A DNA stretch of 58,786 nucleotides, counting the filler, from Trypethelium eluteriae (lineage: Eukaryota): NCBI GenBank assembly GCA_051942245.1. It is 2 parts of 2 records of this genome, joined end to end, with 100 filler letters (N's around TTAATTAATTAA, not from the genome) between each part and the next. Parts side by side here need not be neighbours in the genome. Positions count along the whole stretch, not along the records: positions 1 to 29,355 come from JAVECL010000294.1; 1 more part is not named here. One strand, written 5' to 3'. Under the pieces are notes generated by a model that was given only the letters and a program-made list of their open reading frames with translations, did no database searches and was not told where the DNA came from. Shown here piece after piece: positions 1 through 11,763 of this stretch. Every line of letters begins with the position of its first letter. Within the stretch, counting starts at the first letter, position 1. Position numbers and translations under genes: made by a program.

Positions 1-3000
1 CTCCCATTCCCATTCCCATTCCCGTTCCCGTTCCCAGCACCACCCATCTCCTCACTCCGCACCATCCGCCGCGCCTGACTCGCCGTAAACAGCGCCTCGC
101 CACCTGCACCACCCATCGGACTCACCTGCGCCGACGACCCCGTCGGGCTGCGCCGTCGGTGCCGGCCTCCCGGTGCAAGGGACTCGCGACGATGGCCGTG
201 TGAGTTGTGGCGCGCAAGCGAGGTACGGACTTCTTTCGCGAGCGCCTTGTCGGCGTCGAGGTTCCAGGTGGGTGGCGGAGACTTTTGATGCGGTTTCGTC
301 TTTCGGGAGTGCGTATGGCTGGAGATGCTGGAGTCGGAGTCGGAGCCTGAGGGCTCGGCGCTGGCGGGTGGGGTTGGTCCTGCTGAAGTGGTAGTCTTGC
401 TGATGGCTTCGCTTGTGGTGGAGAGAGGGGAGCGGGCGGTGGGGTGGTAGGGAGCGGTGTTGGTGCTGATTTCGCGGAGGGGAGAAGGTTCCAAGGGAGA
501 GGAGGATGCGAGGTGGATGGAGGAGTTGAGAGTTGGTGGTGGGGGGAAGTTGGGAGAGGTGTTGGAGGAGCTGTGATTGGCTTTTGAGAGGAAGCCGGCT
601 TGGAAGCGGTTGTTGCGTGGTTTGATGTCCATCGAAGGCTCAGGTGGTGCGGGAATTGGTGAAGAGCTTAGTCCTTCTGTTGAAGCCATGTTAACGACAG
701 AGGTGAGAGCGGTGGGAGGCCAAGGTGGATTGGGGCTTGGCCTTGCAGTGGGCAGCTCCACAGAGGAAGGCTTGTCTGGTGTCGAAGAAGCTTGAATTGG
801 CGTCTTCTCGAATTCCGCAAGTGTACCATCTTCGGTATCGTCGCGCCATCTTACGGCACGCTTTGTCTTGATTGGGCTCTTCTTCTTGGGCGTAAAGGCG
901 ACGCCTCTACGAGCAGTACCGACCTTGGGGCGTCGGCGAGGAGAAGCTTTTACCGGCGATGAATTGGATGTTTGTGATGCTTCGGCAGCTACAGAGGCAT
1001 TCAGGCGCGGCCTTGCTGGACTCGGACCCATCAAATTCGCGCCCTTCCTCCGCTTCGGTGTTCCTTGCTTTGTCGGGGGAAAGGCTTCCGTAGGAGGTAA
1101 GCCGAGTCCTCCATCTGGTTTGATAACTTGGGAGGTAGCATCAGAACAGCTCGTGAGTAGTTTCGATAGAATTCTCTTCGCCGCCTCTACTGCCTCCTGT
1201 TCATCCATTTGGAGGATCTGGTTCAGGATGGCAATAGTCTCGAAATGCGCAGTAAGCAGCACTTGCACCACCGCAGCATCTCCACCTCGCTCTTGCTCCA
1301 ACACGCTTGAACATGTTTCTCTTTCACCCTTTGCTTTTAGCAGTTCCGCCTCTCGAGTCAGACTGGCAATGTCTGATTTATCCGCGATCCCATCATTTTG
1401 CTGTTCTTGCAGCTGTCGGATACCTGTCTGGAGCGCAGCATCGAGTGACCGTTCCCAACTGGCTTTCGCCAAGCGTTGGTGGTAGTGTTGTCTGCTTCCT
1501 TCCAGCTCCGCTTGTATCCCTTGGGCAGTCTTTCGCATTGCAAGCAAATTCCTAGGAGGATCTTCTTCGTCTCTTGTCTCGCAGACATGATCAAAGGCAG
1601 CAATCCATGAGCTTAGCATGCCAATCCGCCGCTCGATCTGGCGTAATTTTCGCATGCCATTCGTCCGCTCCTGTCTTTCCGATGCAGAATGTTCGTACGA
1701 AGCCCGAATGCGCTGCACGCCTTCCTTAGCAATGCCCTCTTTCTTCTCATTTAGCCTCCGGAACTTGGTGAACGCGATGCCCTCAAATTCCTTTTGCGCA
1801 GCCTTCAGCTCATCAATTTGTTGACGTTGCTCGTCAATCTTCTTGAGAAAGTCTTTCACGTGACGATTGACATTGTAAACATTTCTTGTAACCTTTGTCT
1901 GGATGTTCTTTGCCCGATTGGCGTATCGAAGTGTATTCTGTGTCTCATCGAAATGTGCGCTTGAAGGACTGACACAGACGATCATGACTGTCTTGCAGTT
2001 CCCACCGAGAGAGAATTTCAGGAGACGAGTAAGCTTCGAATTCCTGTACGGTACGTGATTACGCTTGCGTGGATCACACAGAGCGTTAATGCAACTGCCA
2101 AGCGCAAGCAGGGACTTGTTAATGTTGGCACCCTCCAGCAGTCGCTCTCCGCGATTTTTTGTAGCGCTTGCGCGTTCGCTGCCGGCAAGGTCGATAATAC
2201 TGAGCGTTGCCATGGTGTGTGGCTCATTGATATCGGCGTTTCGGTCCTTTTGTGATACGTTTATCTGCAGAACTGCGTGGGAGCGCGATGATGTCGCGTT
2301 GGCTTCTGTTGGAGACATCGTTCGGTATTCATTTCCTCGTACAATCATATCCATCACCTCTTGCACCTACACGCATGTTAGCGGATGCTTGAGCAACCTG
2401 GTAGAGGAATCACATTTTGTGGATGATGGCTCGACAGTCCAGCTACCGAAACCGCCTGGTTCTGATCTTCTCTCAACATCAGGCCGGTCTTGCCGCCTCC
2501 TGGTACTAGCAGATCGCGAATGGTCTCGTTGTAGATTTCCAAATACGATAGCGATATTTCGGTAACCTTGTCTTGCTGTAGGTCCTGTATACGCTCAAAA
2601 AGCTCTTGCATTGTGAGGAAGATGATACCCGGCTGCTGGGCAGTACCTCTAAGAGCCGGTTAGTCACGCTTGGGAAATTGCATTCCGCGGACCTACGTGA
2701 TAGTGTGCGTTTTCCCACATCCTGTAGCGCCATATGCGAATACGGTAGCATTGTAGCCATCCAAGACACTATCAAGGAGGCTTTTCGTTGTTGAATCGTA
2801 GACATCGCCTTGGCTTGTGTTATCGTCGAAAACTCGATCGAAACCGAATGTTTGGTCCTTCACGCGCTTTCCTTGTGGTACAATAGATTTGGAAAATTTC
2901 TGGACTGGGTTGTCTTCGGGCGGGTCGAATACTCTGGGCTGAACTTCAGCGATGAATGACGAGTGTACATTGAGGAGCTCTTACAGGCATTTCTCGTCCA

Positions 3001-3184
3001 CTACTTTGATGATGGATCTCAGTCCTTTCTGTGACAGCTTTGGCACTGGTGCAGCGGCCAGAGATCCGTCACCGAGGAACAGTGGGCCATCCTCCGACTT
3101 TGCGAGCTGGGCGGCTTCTCTAATAGTAAAAGGTCGAACTCGGACGGCGACAGAGATTGAGGATGCGCCATCGTCCGTCGCCAT
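1..3184 (-). CDS. KIP3: Kinesin-8 family motor (Kip3/KipB-like), multi-exon, 3' end runs off the left edge
   Basis: ATG at 3184 (MATDDGASSISVAVRVRPF). Manual translation gives the P-loop FAYGATGCGKTHT, SYLEIYNETIRDLL, SSRSH, DLAGSER and HVPYRNSKLTRLL. Introns at 2934-2984 and approx 2650-2697 and 2369-2412. Long low-complexity tail containing NRFQAGFLSK. Confidence 0.93.
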
Positions 3185-4110
3185 TGCGACGATGAAAGAT
3201 GGATTAGAACAAAAATCTGCGAACAGGGTGATTATGCTCAATGTATTTCTTGACCAGCAAGTCAATAGTGTACAGCAACAAACGAATGTACCGAGTAACT
3301 TCCGGCAACGTCAGATGGTGTCCGTATCAACAGCTTGGGTTCGCCCTCCGCAGGTTGACGTGCGGCAGTTGGCACAGCAACGGCCATCCTCAGTTACGCC
3401 ACCCGCGGTGTCTCTCCGTTCTCCTTACCATCCCTCTTTTACTCGAAACAACGGACGCTCCGAAGTCACTGACAAAACTCTGGAGCTCGAATGCCTTACT
3501 TGCGACCTAACAACATCGCTTTTCTCGGCATGCTCTCTTGTTCGGTACTGGCTGATTCGCGCCCTATACCTACTCGTCCATGAAGCCAGATTCTGCGAAT
3601 GCGCACCAGGAGATGCAATAAGAAATGTCCGCAGAGCATGTAAGGCTCTTCCTGGGGCCTCCCGGATTGAACAAAGCTCCAAAATTTTTCTATACAATCC
3701 AGAGAATGGAAAAACTACGAGTCGGCTTGTTTCTTTTGTAGCGGTTGCATCGATATCTCCATGGACGAGCATTCGTTCAAAAGCGGTATATCTTGGATGA
3801 GGCAATCTAATATCAGGACATAGTATCAGGACATAGCTTGACTGGTAGCCATCCAAGGCAGTACTGAAAACGCGCGTCTAGCAATGTTCGAGACATTATC
3901 TCAAATGCTATTGGGGAAGGACAGTAGCTAATCCTACTCTAGTTCACTATCCTTTGACTTCAGAGATTTGGCGAGGCAGTCTTCAGATTGGCTACAGCCA
4001 CACCAAATAAGTTACCAAAACACGCCTTGGGCCACCGACACATGAATCGGGCAGCTACGCTAAAGACACACGGTTGTAACACTGATGAAGGTCAGCCAAT
4101 GATAGGCGAC

Positions 4111-4295
4111 TACCTTACCGTGGCTGAGGGGTTCCTCAACTGGTAGTTAATACAATGTTATTTCGACTTTACTGTTATGACCATATTGATACATATTAAC
4201 ACCGCTTTAACATGGGCCAAATTGGTTATAACAATTAAACTGGGGTAACATTGTATTAACTACCAGTTGAGGAACCCCCCAGCCGCCGTAAGGTA
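4111..4295 (+). mobile_element. MITE copy 1 (~181 bp, ~48-bp TIRs, TA target duplication; Tc1/mariner-type)
   Basis: TA-ccttaccgtggctgaggggttcctcaactggtagttaatacaatgtta ... taacattgtattaactaccagttgaggaaccccccagccgccgtaagg-TA. Three mismatches between the TIRs, no ORF, four copies in the window. Confidence 0.9.
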
Positions 4296-4655
4296 CCTAC
4301 AGTCAGCTAAGTCATGAACTTCGAGCACATCCTGAGAGGCCGCACCACCCTTTAGAGCCCTTTTGATTAGTCTTAACGCAGGTCAGCCCCACTGACGTAG
4401 GTGAGGGTGCTAGGCCGTCCTTTGCCCTCGAACAATTATTCACAGCATTGATCTGTATTTCAGACATTTCCGCTATTGTTGTGCTACGTGTTTCCTCAGA
4501 CTTGTGCCACGGCCTTCACTTCGGTGGCAAATGCGATCTGTGCAAAGGAGTGCACGCAATGCAATTGCTCGTGCTGCTCCGGCATCAGCCTCCCAGCTGA
4601 TTTATTTCCATATCGTGACCACACTGCAATCTTATTTCGCTTTTCCTTCTTTCGA

Positions 4656-5513
4656 ATGGCGGCGTCTAAAGAAATCCAAAAGCTTCATCGACAGGTCGAT
4701 GGTGCCTTCCCCCTCCTCCAAAAGTAAAGACCAATCAACTCCTCGTCCTTAAGCGCCCGTGATGCTACAGCCTTGCTTACCTTTTATAGCGACTTTCTTC
4801 GTCTTGGGCCCATGATTGCCATCAAGGTCGGCAGTCCTGAAGGCTCCAATGTTGAGACGTTCTGGGTTCATGAAAGGGTCATCTGCTTCTACTCTCCATT
4901 CTTTGACAGGCGATGCCATGACGACGATCAGAACGAGTCCGGGGATAGGATCGTTGAGTTGCATGATGGAGATCCGGATGTCTTTGCGCTTTTCGTTCAG
5001 CGGATTTACACCGGAAACTGTGCTTATGGCTCGGACCATGCCCCGGCGGTCGATGCTGAGAAGCTGATTGCGCTGTACGCCTTTGCGGACATGGTCGAAG
5101 TACCTGCTCTGAAAGACGAGGTCATTGATAAGATGATTGACCTACTTGTAAATGGTTGGTTTCACATATATCGCGAACAAGTGCGGATGGTCTATCAAAA
5201 TACCGCGGAGGGTTCAGGTCTGCGGAAATTGGTCTGCTATGATGTCCTAGACACCGTCGCGAGGAATCCTGATGAGGGTATCACTTTTTTGTGGGAGGGT
5301 GGAGACGGAGAGGGCAGAGAATTTGCTGCTGAGTTCCCAGACTTCTTCTATGATTTGACTATCCTTAGAGCAAAGGAGGTCGATTTTAGGATCAAATACA
5401 GGAATTGCATTTTTCATGAGCATTCTGAAGACGGCTTGTGTAGGTATCGGAGATCTAGGAGGAATTCCTTTGAGTTTTATCATCGGGGCTTACCCCGTTA
5501 TCAGGAACGATAG
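4656..5513 (+). CDS. BTB/POZ domain protein (paralog 1)
   Basis: IKVG..ETFWVHERVICFYSPFF..IVELHDGDPDVFALFVQRIYTG..LYAFADMVEVPALKDEVID is a typical fungal BTB pattern. The start at 4656 assumes an intron at ~4725-4789; the alternative start is ATG 4812. Confidence 0.8.
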
Positions 5514-5641
5514 CTCAAGGCAAATTCTCGAATCTCACTAGGAAGACCGGCCTGTCGTTGTGGAGGTACTGTAACTCATACTGAAACCAAGCTTGTACTT
5601 CAAAGAAAACTTTTACAGACATACATGTCGCCAGTTACATC

Positions 5642-6922
5642 TCAGTTCTTGTCAATGACGACCTTTTGAAACCAATCCAGCATCACTTGTGCTTTCAAGA
5701 TTCCCGCTCCGGAGTGACAATGTTCTCCCGCTCCATCCGCGTCCGTCAATTTGATCATGGTTGCTTTCTTGCTCAATGCCTCAGCCAAGAGCTCGGGCTG
5801 ACCTGCGAAAAACAAGTCGTTCTCCGCATGACCTTCCAGTACTGGACACTGAATTTTGTCCTCCAAACCAAGCAAGGTAAAATTCTTCACCTTGGCCATG
5901 AAGTCATACGGCGACATCGGCTCCGTCGAATCTCTCATACTACCGGCGTCGCCATCGGAGAAAGACCACAACCCGTGGCCAATGCCCCATCGCGCAGCAG
6001 TCGGCGTATTAGGGTCGCGCAAAAGGTCACGAATATAGGCATTGAACTCCTCCGCCTTCCTTTCCGCAGGCGGCTCTTGCCCCTTGGGACGGGTGAACCT
6101 GCTATACGGCTGATAACAGTCAAAGACACCATCCACAGCAAACACAGCCGCAACGCGATGCTCGAACGCCGCCGCCCTCGGCGCGAGATAGCTGCCCATA
6201 CTCTCGCCCCAGAGACCCAGCTTGCCGGTATCAATGTCGAGCGCCTTCGCCTGCGCAAACGCCCAGTCGACAACGGGCGTGACGACGCGCTCTCAGTCAG
6301 GAATGAAGCCGCGCTCCTGGTAGCGGCGTACGGACGGCTGCCCAGGGCCCTCGTACGTGATGACGTTCCAGCCACGGCGGAGTGCTGCGAAGCCAATCAC
6401 GTGGAACATCTCTTCTTGAGTGCCGTCGAAGCCGGTGTCCGCGATGAGGGTCGGGCGTGGTCCTTTCTTCGCGTCGGGCTCCGCCGCCGCAGAGTAGAAG
6501 ATGATGGGTATGGAGAAGCCTGAGGCTTCCAGGGTGTGACGCTGGCCGGGGATAGGAAGGAGCGCGATGGCAGCGCCGAATCAGGAGAGCGCCTTTGTCC
6601 ACAGGCCATTGATGCGAGGGTTGGTGGCGTTGCTGTGGAGGTAGAAATCTGCCATGCGGTAGTAGGTGGCGGCCTTGAAGTAGGCTTCGCGAGCAGAAAC
6701 CTTGCCGGACAGAGTAGTTGGTTCGGATCTTTTGGCTTGGCTAGCAGTGCGCTCGGCGAGGGCAAAGAACGCTGAGTAGAAAGACTCTATATCGCCCCGA
6801 GCAATCTGGCCGGCGGCTCGAAGGACTTCGCTAATGTCGGCTTCGTGATAGGACGCGTGGCCTATATTGCGAAGCATTTCAAAATGGAAGGATTCATCTT
6901 GAGAAAGTCGCAGAGCACACAT
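5642..6922 (-). pseudogene. Alpha/beta hydrolase (2,6-dihydropseudooxynicotine hydrolase/FrsA-like) with two in-frame TGA stops
   Basis: One frame runs from ATG 6922 to the stop at 5642, interrupted by TGA at 6581-6583 and 6293-6295. Motifs GFDGTQEE, YEGPGQ, nucleophile elbow GESMG and C-terminal GAGEHCH. Confidence 0.85.
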
Positions 6923-8860
6923 AATGATGAGTAGGTACTGGGGCAGTAGCTATAGAAGAATGATATATTTTCTCGAAAAATCAAAGCTGATGCTTTGGGC
7001 TGATGCTGGAACGTGGTCAGACAGATCATATTTATACTCATTTCCGCATATATTGGTTACGCCCGTAGATATATAAAACGGAGGTATGGTTCTCAGGTTC
7101 CCAAGACTCGACTTTTACGCCCTTAGTCATTCCTAACAATTACATTATCCTCTCCATGGCAAAGCAATTAAACGATGATCGGTGGGCTTGATCTCACCAG
7201 CTCTTCAAGAGCCATTGCGGCACAAGGAATATTTTCGTGCACAGTAGTATACTTTTGTGCTTTATCTTAATACGATGAACCTTCGTCGTGGCTTGTCCAA
7301 AGGAAGCTGAATTCCTTGCTTTCTCCTCGAACGGGACGAGATCTCTGCTTAACAGCATCAAAGCATTTCGGTCTGGCCAAACTTCTCTCAGACCCATAGA
7401 CGAGTCGCATCTGAATCTTGCCTCGAACGATACTACAAGCGGGAAGATGGCGGGGTGGGGACTGGCTGAGGCCAACTGAGTAGAGGAAGAAGCTGTTTTG
7501 TCGAGCCGCAGTTGTTTTGCCCGAAGAAGAAGTAGCCCGATAGTTATGCGTGACATCTAACCCGAAGTGGATTAAGTCGCGATCTACGGCAGGGTGATGA
7601 TGCTGTGGAGCTTCATCCGAGCTTCGATATTCGGTCTTTGCGGCCTTTCGCTCCTTCGCTCCTTCGCTCTTTGCCGTGTCACCTCACAAGTCAGTCTCGC
7701 AAGTGGCCGAGTGCACTTTATTGATCAGTATTGACTGTAGCTTTACGTGTATTGGATGGAACATCGCCAACGAATGTTTCAACTTAACCTCTCCTGTTTG
7801 TTCACGAGAAGATAGAGTAATCGTCTATCGGTTATCAGGCCGTCACAATAAGTGAACCTCATTCCTATGGACTGCAAGGGAGTCTACCAGCATCATGCGG
7901 TCCCCTTGCTACAGCTTTTGAACCTAGAAAGCGTGGATATGCCAGAATCCGGCTAATAAGGGAGGATATGTGATTGCGCGAAGGATCTGTGTTTTGGGCG
8001 GTAGATTTGCAGACAGGCGACCATCTCGGACGTGAGTGTCTTCGGACTGAAGCCGAAACCAGCGCATACACGAAGTCTGCCGCGGCAGCTATCTTGGTAC
8101 CTGGGAGTTACCACCGTCGGAATCTTTCTCCAGAAGAAGTCGAACAAAATAAGCAGACCGTCGCGGCCGGAAAGCGCGCTGTGGTCTCAGTTGACTAAAT
8201 GATGAGCGGCGTGAGAGAGAGCAACGCACCACAGACACCCCTTGGAAGTCCAATTGCTCTGCCTCAGCCGTCTTTTGATAAAATTCAGAAGACACCCAGT
8301 ATCGGAATGGTTCAATCTAGGTTCCACACTCAGACACCAAGGACCACGGCTTCTAGTGTTGGCTTTTCCCAAGAACGCATCTCCAAGGTTCCAATGGAGG
8401 GTTTGAGCGGCCAGACACCAAAATCCCGAAAGACAAAAGAACAGCGCAAAGCTACCGAAGATCGAATTTACCCAGAAGACACAGAAGTGGTTCCACTGAA
8501 AGACCAACTCAGTGTTGCACAGTTGCTGGAAATTTTGCACCCTGAGTATCAACCCTCATCACGACTTTGAAGAGAGCTGGTCTTGGTCTTTCTCCTCGAT
8601 TAAAGACCGTAGGGAAGCTCTTCAAAATCGCCGGACCTATGAGTAGTCTTCTACAACGTGATCAGCTTCATCACTCGGAACGGGACGCCGAAAGGTCGTG
8701 GAAGAATTACCAAGCAAACCAAGACTGGCCGCCCCAAATAAGATTTCTATCTTAAGAACAGTATACGATTCTGTTTCTACCTAGGTCACTGCAAGATTGC
8801 TTGGTCATAATAGCATTGCTCCCAGTCAAACCAGGTCAGGCTCAGCTCGCATCACCGGGA

Positions 8861-10726
8861 CTAGATCTTGCTAAGCAAGAAACCATCGTTCTGTAGGCTC
8901 TGAAACACCTGCGATGGATCGTACTTCTTCGAAACGACCTTCAGCTTCTCGACGTTTTCCGCTCCATAAGTGGCAAGTGGGCTTTGGTCCCGTGATGCAT
9001 CGTTCAGGTCAAGGAAGTCGACTTCCAGACCACGCACCTTGCTTAGCTCTCTAAACTTCTCTGTAGTGGCGATTGACACTGATCGTACGGCGGTATCGTC
9101 TTTCGCGTCGTCCCAGTCAATGAGCGTCGTCCACCCTGACAATGTCAGCAACCGGATCTTCATCTACGTAGTGTTACAAATGAGAAGTTCGGCTCACACT
9201 GGTGATCGATTTTCGGAAGACCAAGCGCGTTGCCACCTTTACTGATCCCTTGTTCAACCAGACTGACCGGTATCGATTGCAGGGTGAACGTCTGCTTGGC
9301 CCCCGTCGTCTTGTTCACTGCAATCGCCCTTCCCTTCCAAAATGCGTACACATCTTTATATAACTGAGCGTCAATCTTGGTACTTACGCCGCGATAATCG
9401 TGACTGAATGAATATCAGTAAACCAAACTCAGAGGGCTGTCCTGTGCAAACACCAAAAGACGACTTACCGTTGCGGTGCTTTTGAGATAACGGTACCGAG
9501 AATTTGGGTCAGAGCGTTCAGTGTGCCGTTCATCCCCGGGATCACGGCCGTCATGCCTGGGAGGCCATAGAAGGTAGAAAAGCATTCCGGTCTCTCGGCC
9601 GGAGTTGAATAGAGCAAACCTACCGTCAGTACGTCGAGCCCCATGATAAGAGCTACGGTCCCTTTTACGTCTGGAGCGCCATGCATTTGCCATTGGGCGA
9701 ATGCATCAAGAACAGTATCGGCTTGATCGAGCGGATATGTCTGGACCTCATACCAGATGTGCTTCACGGGGACCGTATAGACATCGAATCTGGTGACAAT
9801 ACCTTTTCTATATCAGCGTCCTCTAGAAAGAAAGAATGAAGATATGGTTGCGAGCAAATACCGAAATTTGACGAGCCGCCCTTCAAAGCCCACCAAAGGT
9901 CACTGTTTTCCTCAGCATTTGCATTCGTGATGGTTCCATCTCCGAGCACGATCTGTAAGACGGCTGAGTGAACAATGTAGTCTCGTGGTTCGGCTCTACG
10001 CACCTCAAAGTTCTTCACGTTATCCGCCGCCAGCCCAAATTGGGCAGAAAAATGGAAGAGGCCGCCTAATGTGTATGGATTAGTGAACATCTAGGCGAAG
10101 TACGCAGCCCCTCCAAACCTCCAAGGATTAAGCCTCCAACTCCAATGTTCGGCAACCGGCCGCCGATTACGCTGAAGTCATACGCATCCAATGCCGCATA
10201 CACATCGCCCCATATACCTCCGGGTCCAAGACTGACCACTTTCTGATCTTCGCTGACGGTGACTTGGTTCAGTCTCCTCAAATCAATGAGAACACCTGGC
10301 TGATCGATACTAGACCAACCAGGGTTTGGGGAATGACCACCACTGCGGATTGCAAATTTGGTCTTGAAGAAGCCAATGATTTTCAGTATCTTCGAGACAT
10401 CCTCCGCAGATTTAGGGGAGATGATGCATGTTGGGCTCATCCAACACGCTTGGGACCTTGATGATTCCATTACGCTTTTCGTATAGTAGTATTCTGGAGT
10501 TCACTCACCAATTGGCGTCTACTTTATCTGCACCAGGTGTCGTGTCAATGGAATCGGCATCTAAAACGGCTCGAGCCGCAACGCAAGACAGTGAGACTGC
10601 ATCATAACGGTTGCCATTGAGGAATGCAGCAAGATCCGAGATTGCTTCGAGGTTGCTCTTTAGCGCATCCGCTGTGGAAGTTGGTAGACTCAAAGAGTCA
10701 ACGAAGGCTCGAACGTTCGGAGCCAT
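8861..10726 (-). CDS. FAD-linked oxidoreductase (PCMH-type FAD-binding, VAO/berberine-bridge-like), about 7 exons
   Basis: FAIRSGGH flavinylation motif, [29 protein letters not shown] and C-terminal [14 protein letters not shown] introns join the ORF pieces in frame. Confidence 0.88.
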
Positions 10727-11763
10727 GGTGTCAGGAAGTCCTTACAGGGCCCCAAGCTGTTATTCACTGCTCGCCTAGATTGGATTGGTAGGTAATGGAA
10801 TAAGCAGTCGGAAGCAGGTTTCACAATGGCATTTGAGGGAAGCGGCCAAGAAGCTGTGGTCCCACGAGCGGCTTTAAAGACCTATCGTGGTGGATTAGTG
10901 GCTTCCCTCCGGCTTTATGGTAAACTCCAGCTGTGCCGCAAACTATGCGGTGAATGCGGTATCTTGTCCGAAGTGGACTCTCAGCCGACCTGAACTGGAA
11001 AGGATGCTGAGCGGGGAAGGATCCTTTGTGAAGAGTAAGCTCACCTCAAGGTCTGTCCGGCCGTACATATGTACATCTTTCCCCCGTGATGATGGCCTGA
11101 CTGACAAATTTCCATATCACAATAATCCTTCGAAAGGCCGAAGCAATTTTCCGAATCACCAACAGCCCCCAATGCATATAAATCACAATATAGTACGAGA
11201 TCTGCTCTTTATGGACATTTACCGCTATTGCAAACCATTACTGAAAATCATTCGATTCATTGTTAAAACATGTCTGCCACGGCAGATACCACATTGACTC
11301 TTTATACTACAGTGTCTCACGAAACTGAGTGTTGATCACCGTACCTGTAGTTTGATTCATCTCGAAAATCAATTCTCAGATTATAGTGTGAGCCAGTAAA
11401 GTCCTTGCACTTTCTCAATCAAGCCTTCAGTCCATTGAAGGCGTAGATGGTGAACACATGATGCCTTGAATACAGTCTGTCACCCCAGGGCTTTTATTTC
11501 ATTTGGCCACTCTTCCTTCCGGACAGGTTGTCGGTAAAGCCAGGCTACCTTCAGTCACAAGATGTGCACAGAAGAGACATGCGCAAGCATAATGATCGAA
11601 AGGAGTCAGAAACACTGGAGATACTGTCCAGGTCTTGAAACTGGGCTCTAACATATCGCCGACGCTCATCTTACTGAGGACTGCCGTCGGAAGTTGTATC
11701 GCAAGGCATCACCACACAGCCCTATAGATAAGTGTGCATATCAGAGCTTGGGATTAAAATCGA

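Noticed and set aside
1..36. (CCCRTT)n hexamer repeat resembling a telomere
   Set aside because: It is not TTAGGG and appears to lie in the low-complexity coding tail of the kinesin.
868..1485. 205-aa plus-strand ORF and other ORFs over the kinesin gene
   Set aside because: Antisense shadows of the kinesin-8 coding strand.
2952..3856. 282-aa (+) and 143-aa (-) ORFs over the kinesin 5' end and promoter
   Set aside because: They overlap kinesin exon 1 or its promoter and have no recognisable motifs.
5666..6523. 285-aa plus-strand ORF
   Set aside because: Antisense to the GC-rich hydrolase pseudogene.
5642..6922. TGA-as-Trp alternative genetic code
   Set aside because: Other genes in the window, and this frame itself, use TGG for Trp and TGA as the normal stop.
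7865..8755. Consecutive short plus-strand ORFs (74, 123 and 62 aa)
   Set aside because: They could be a degraded gene, but no family could be recognised, so no call was made.
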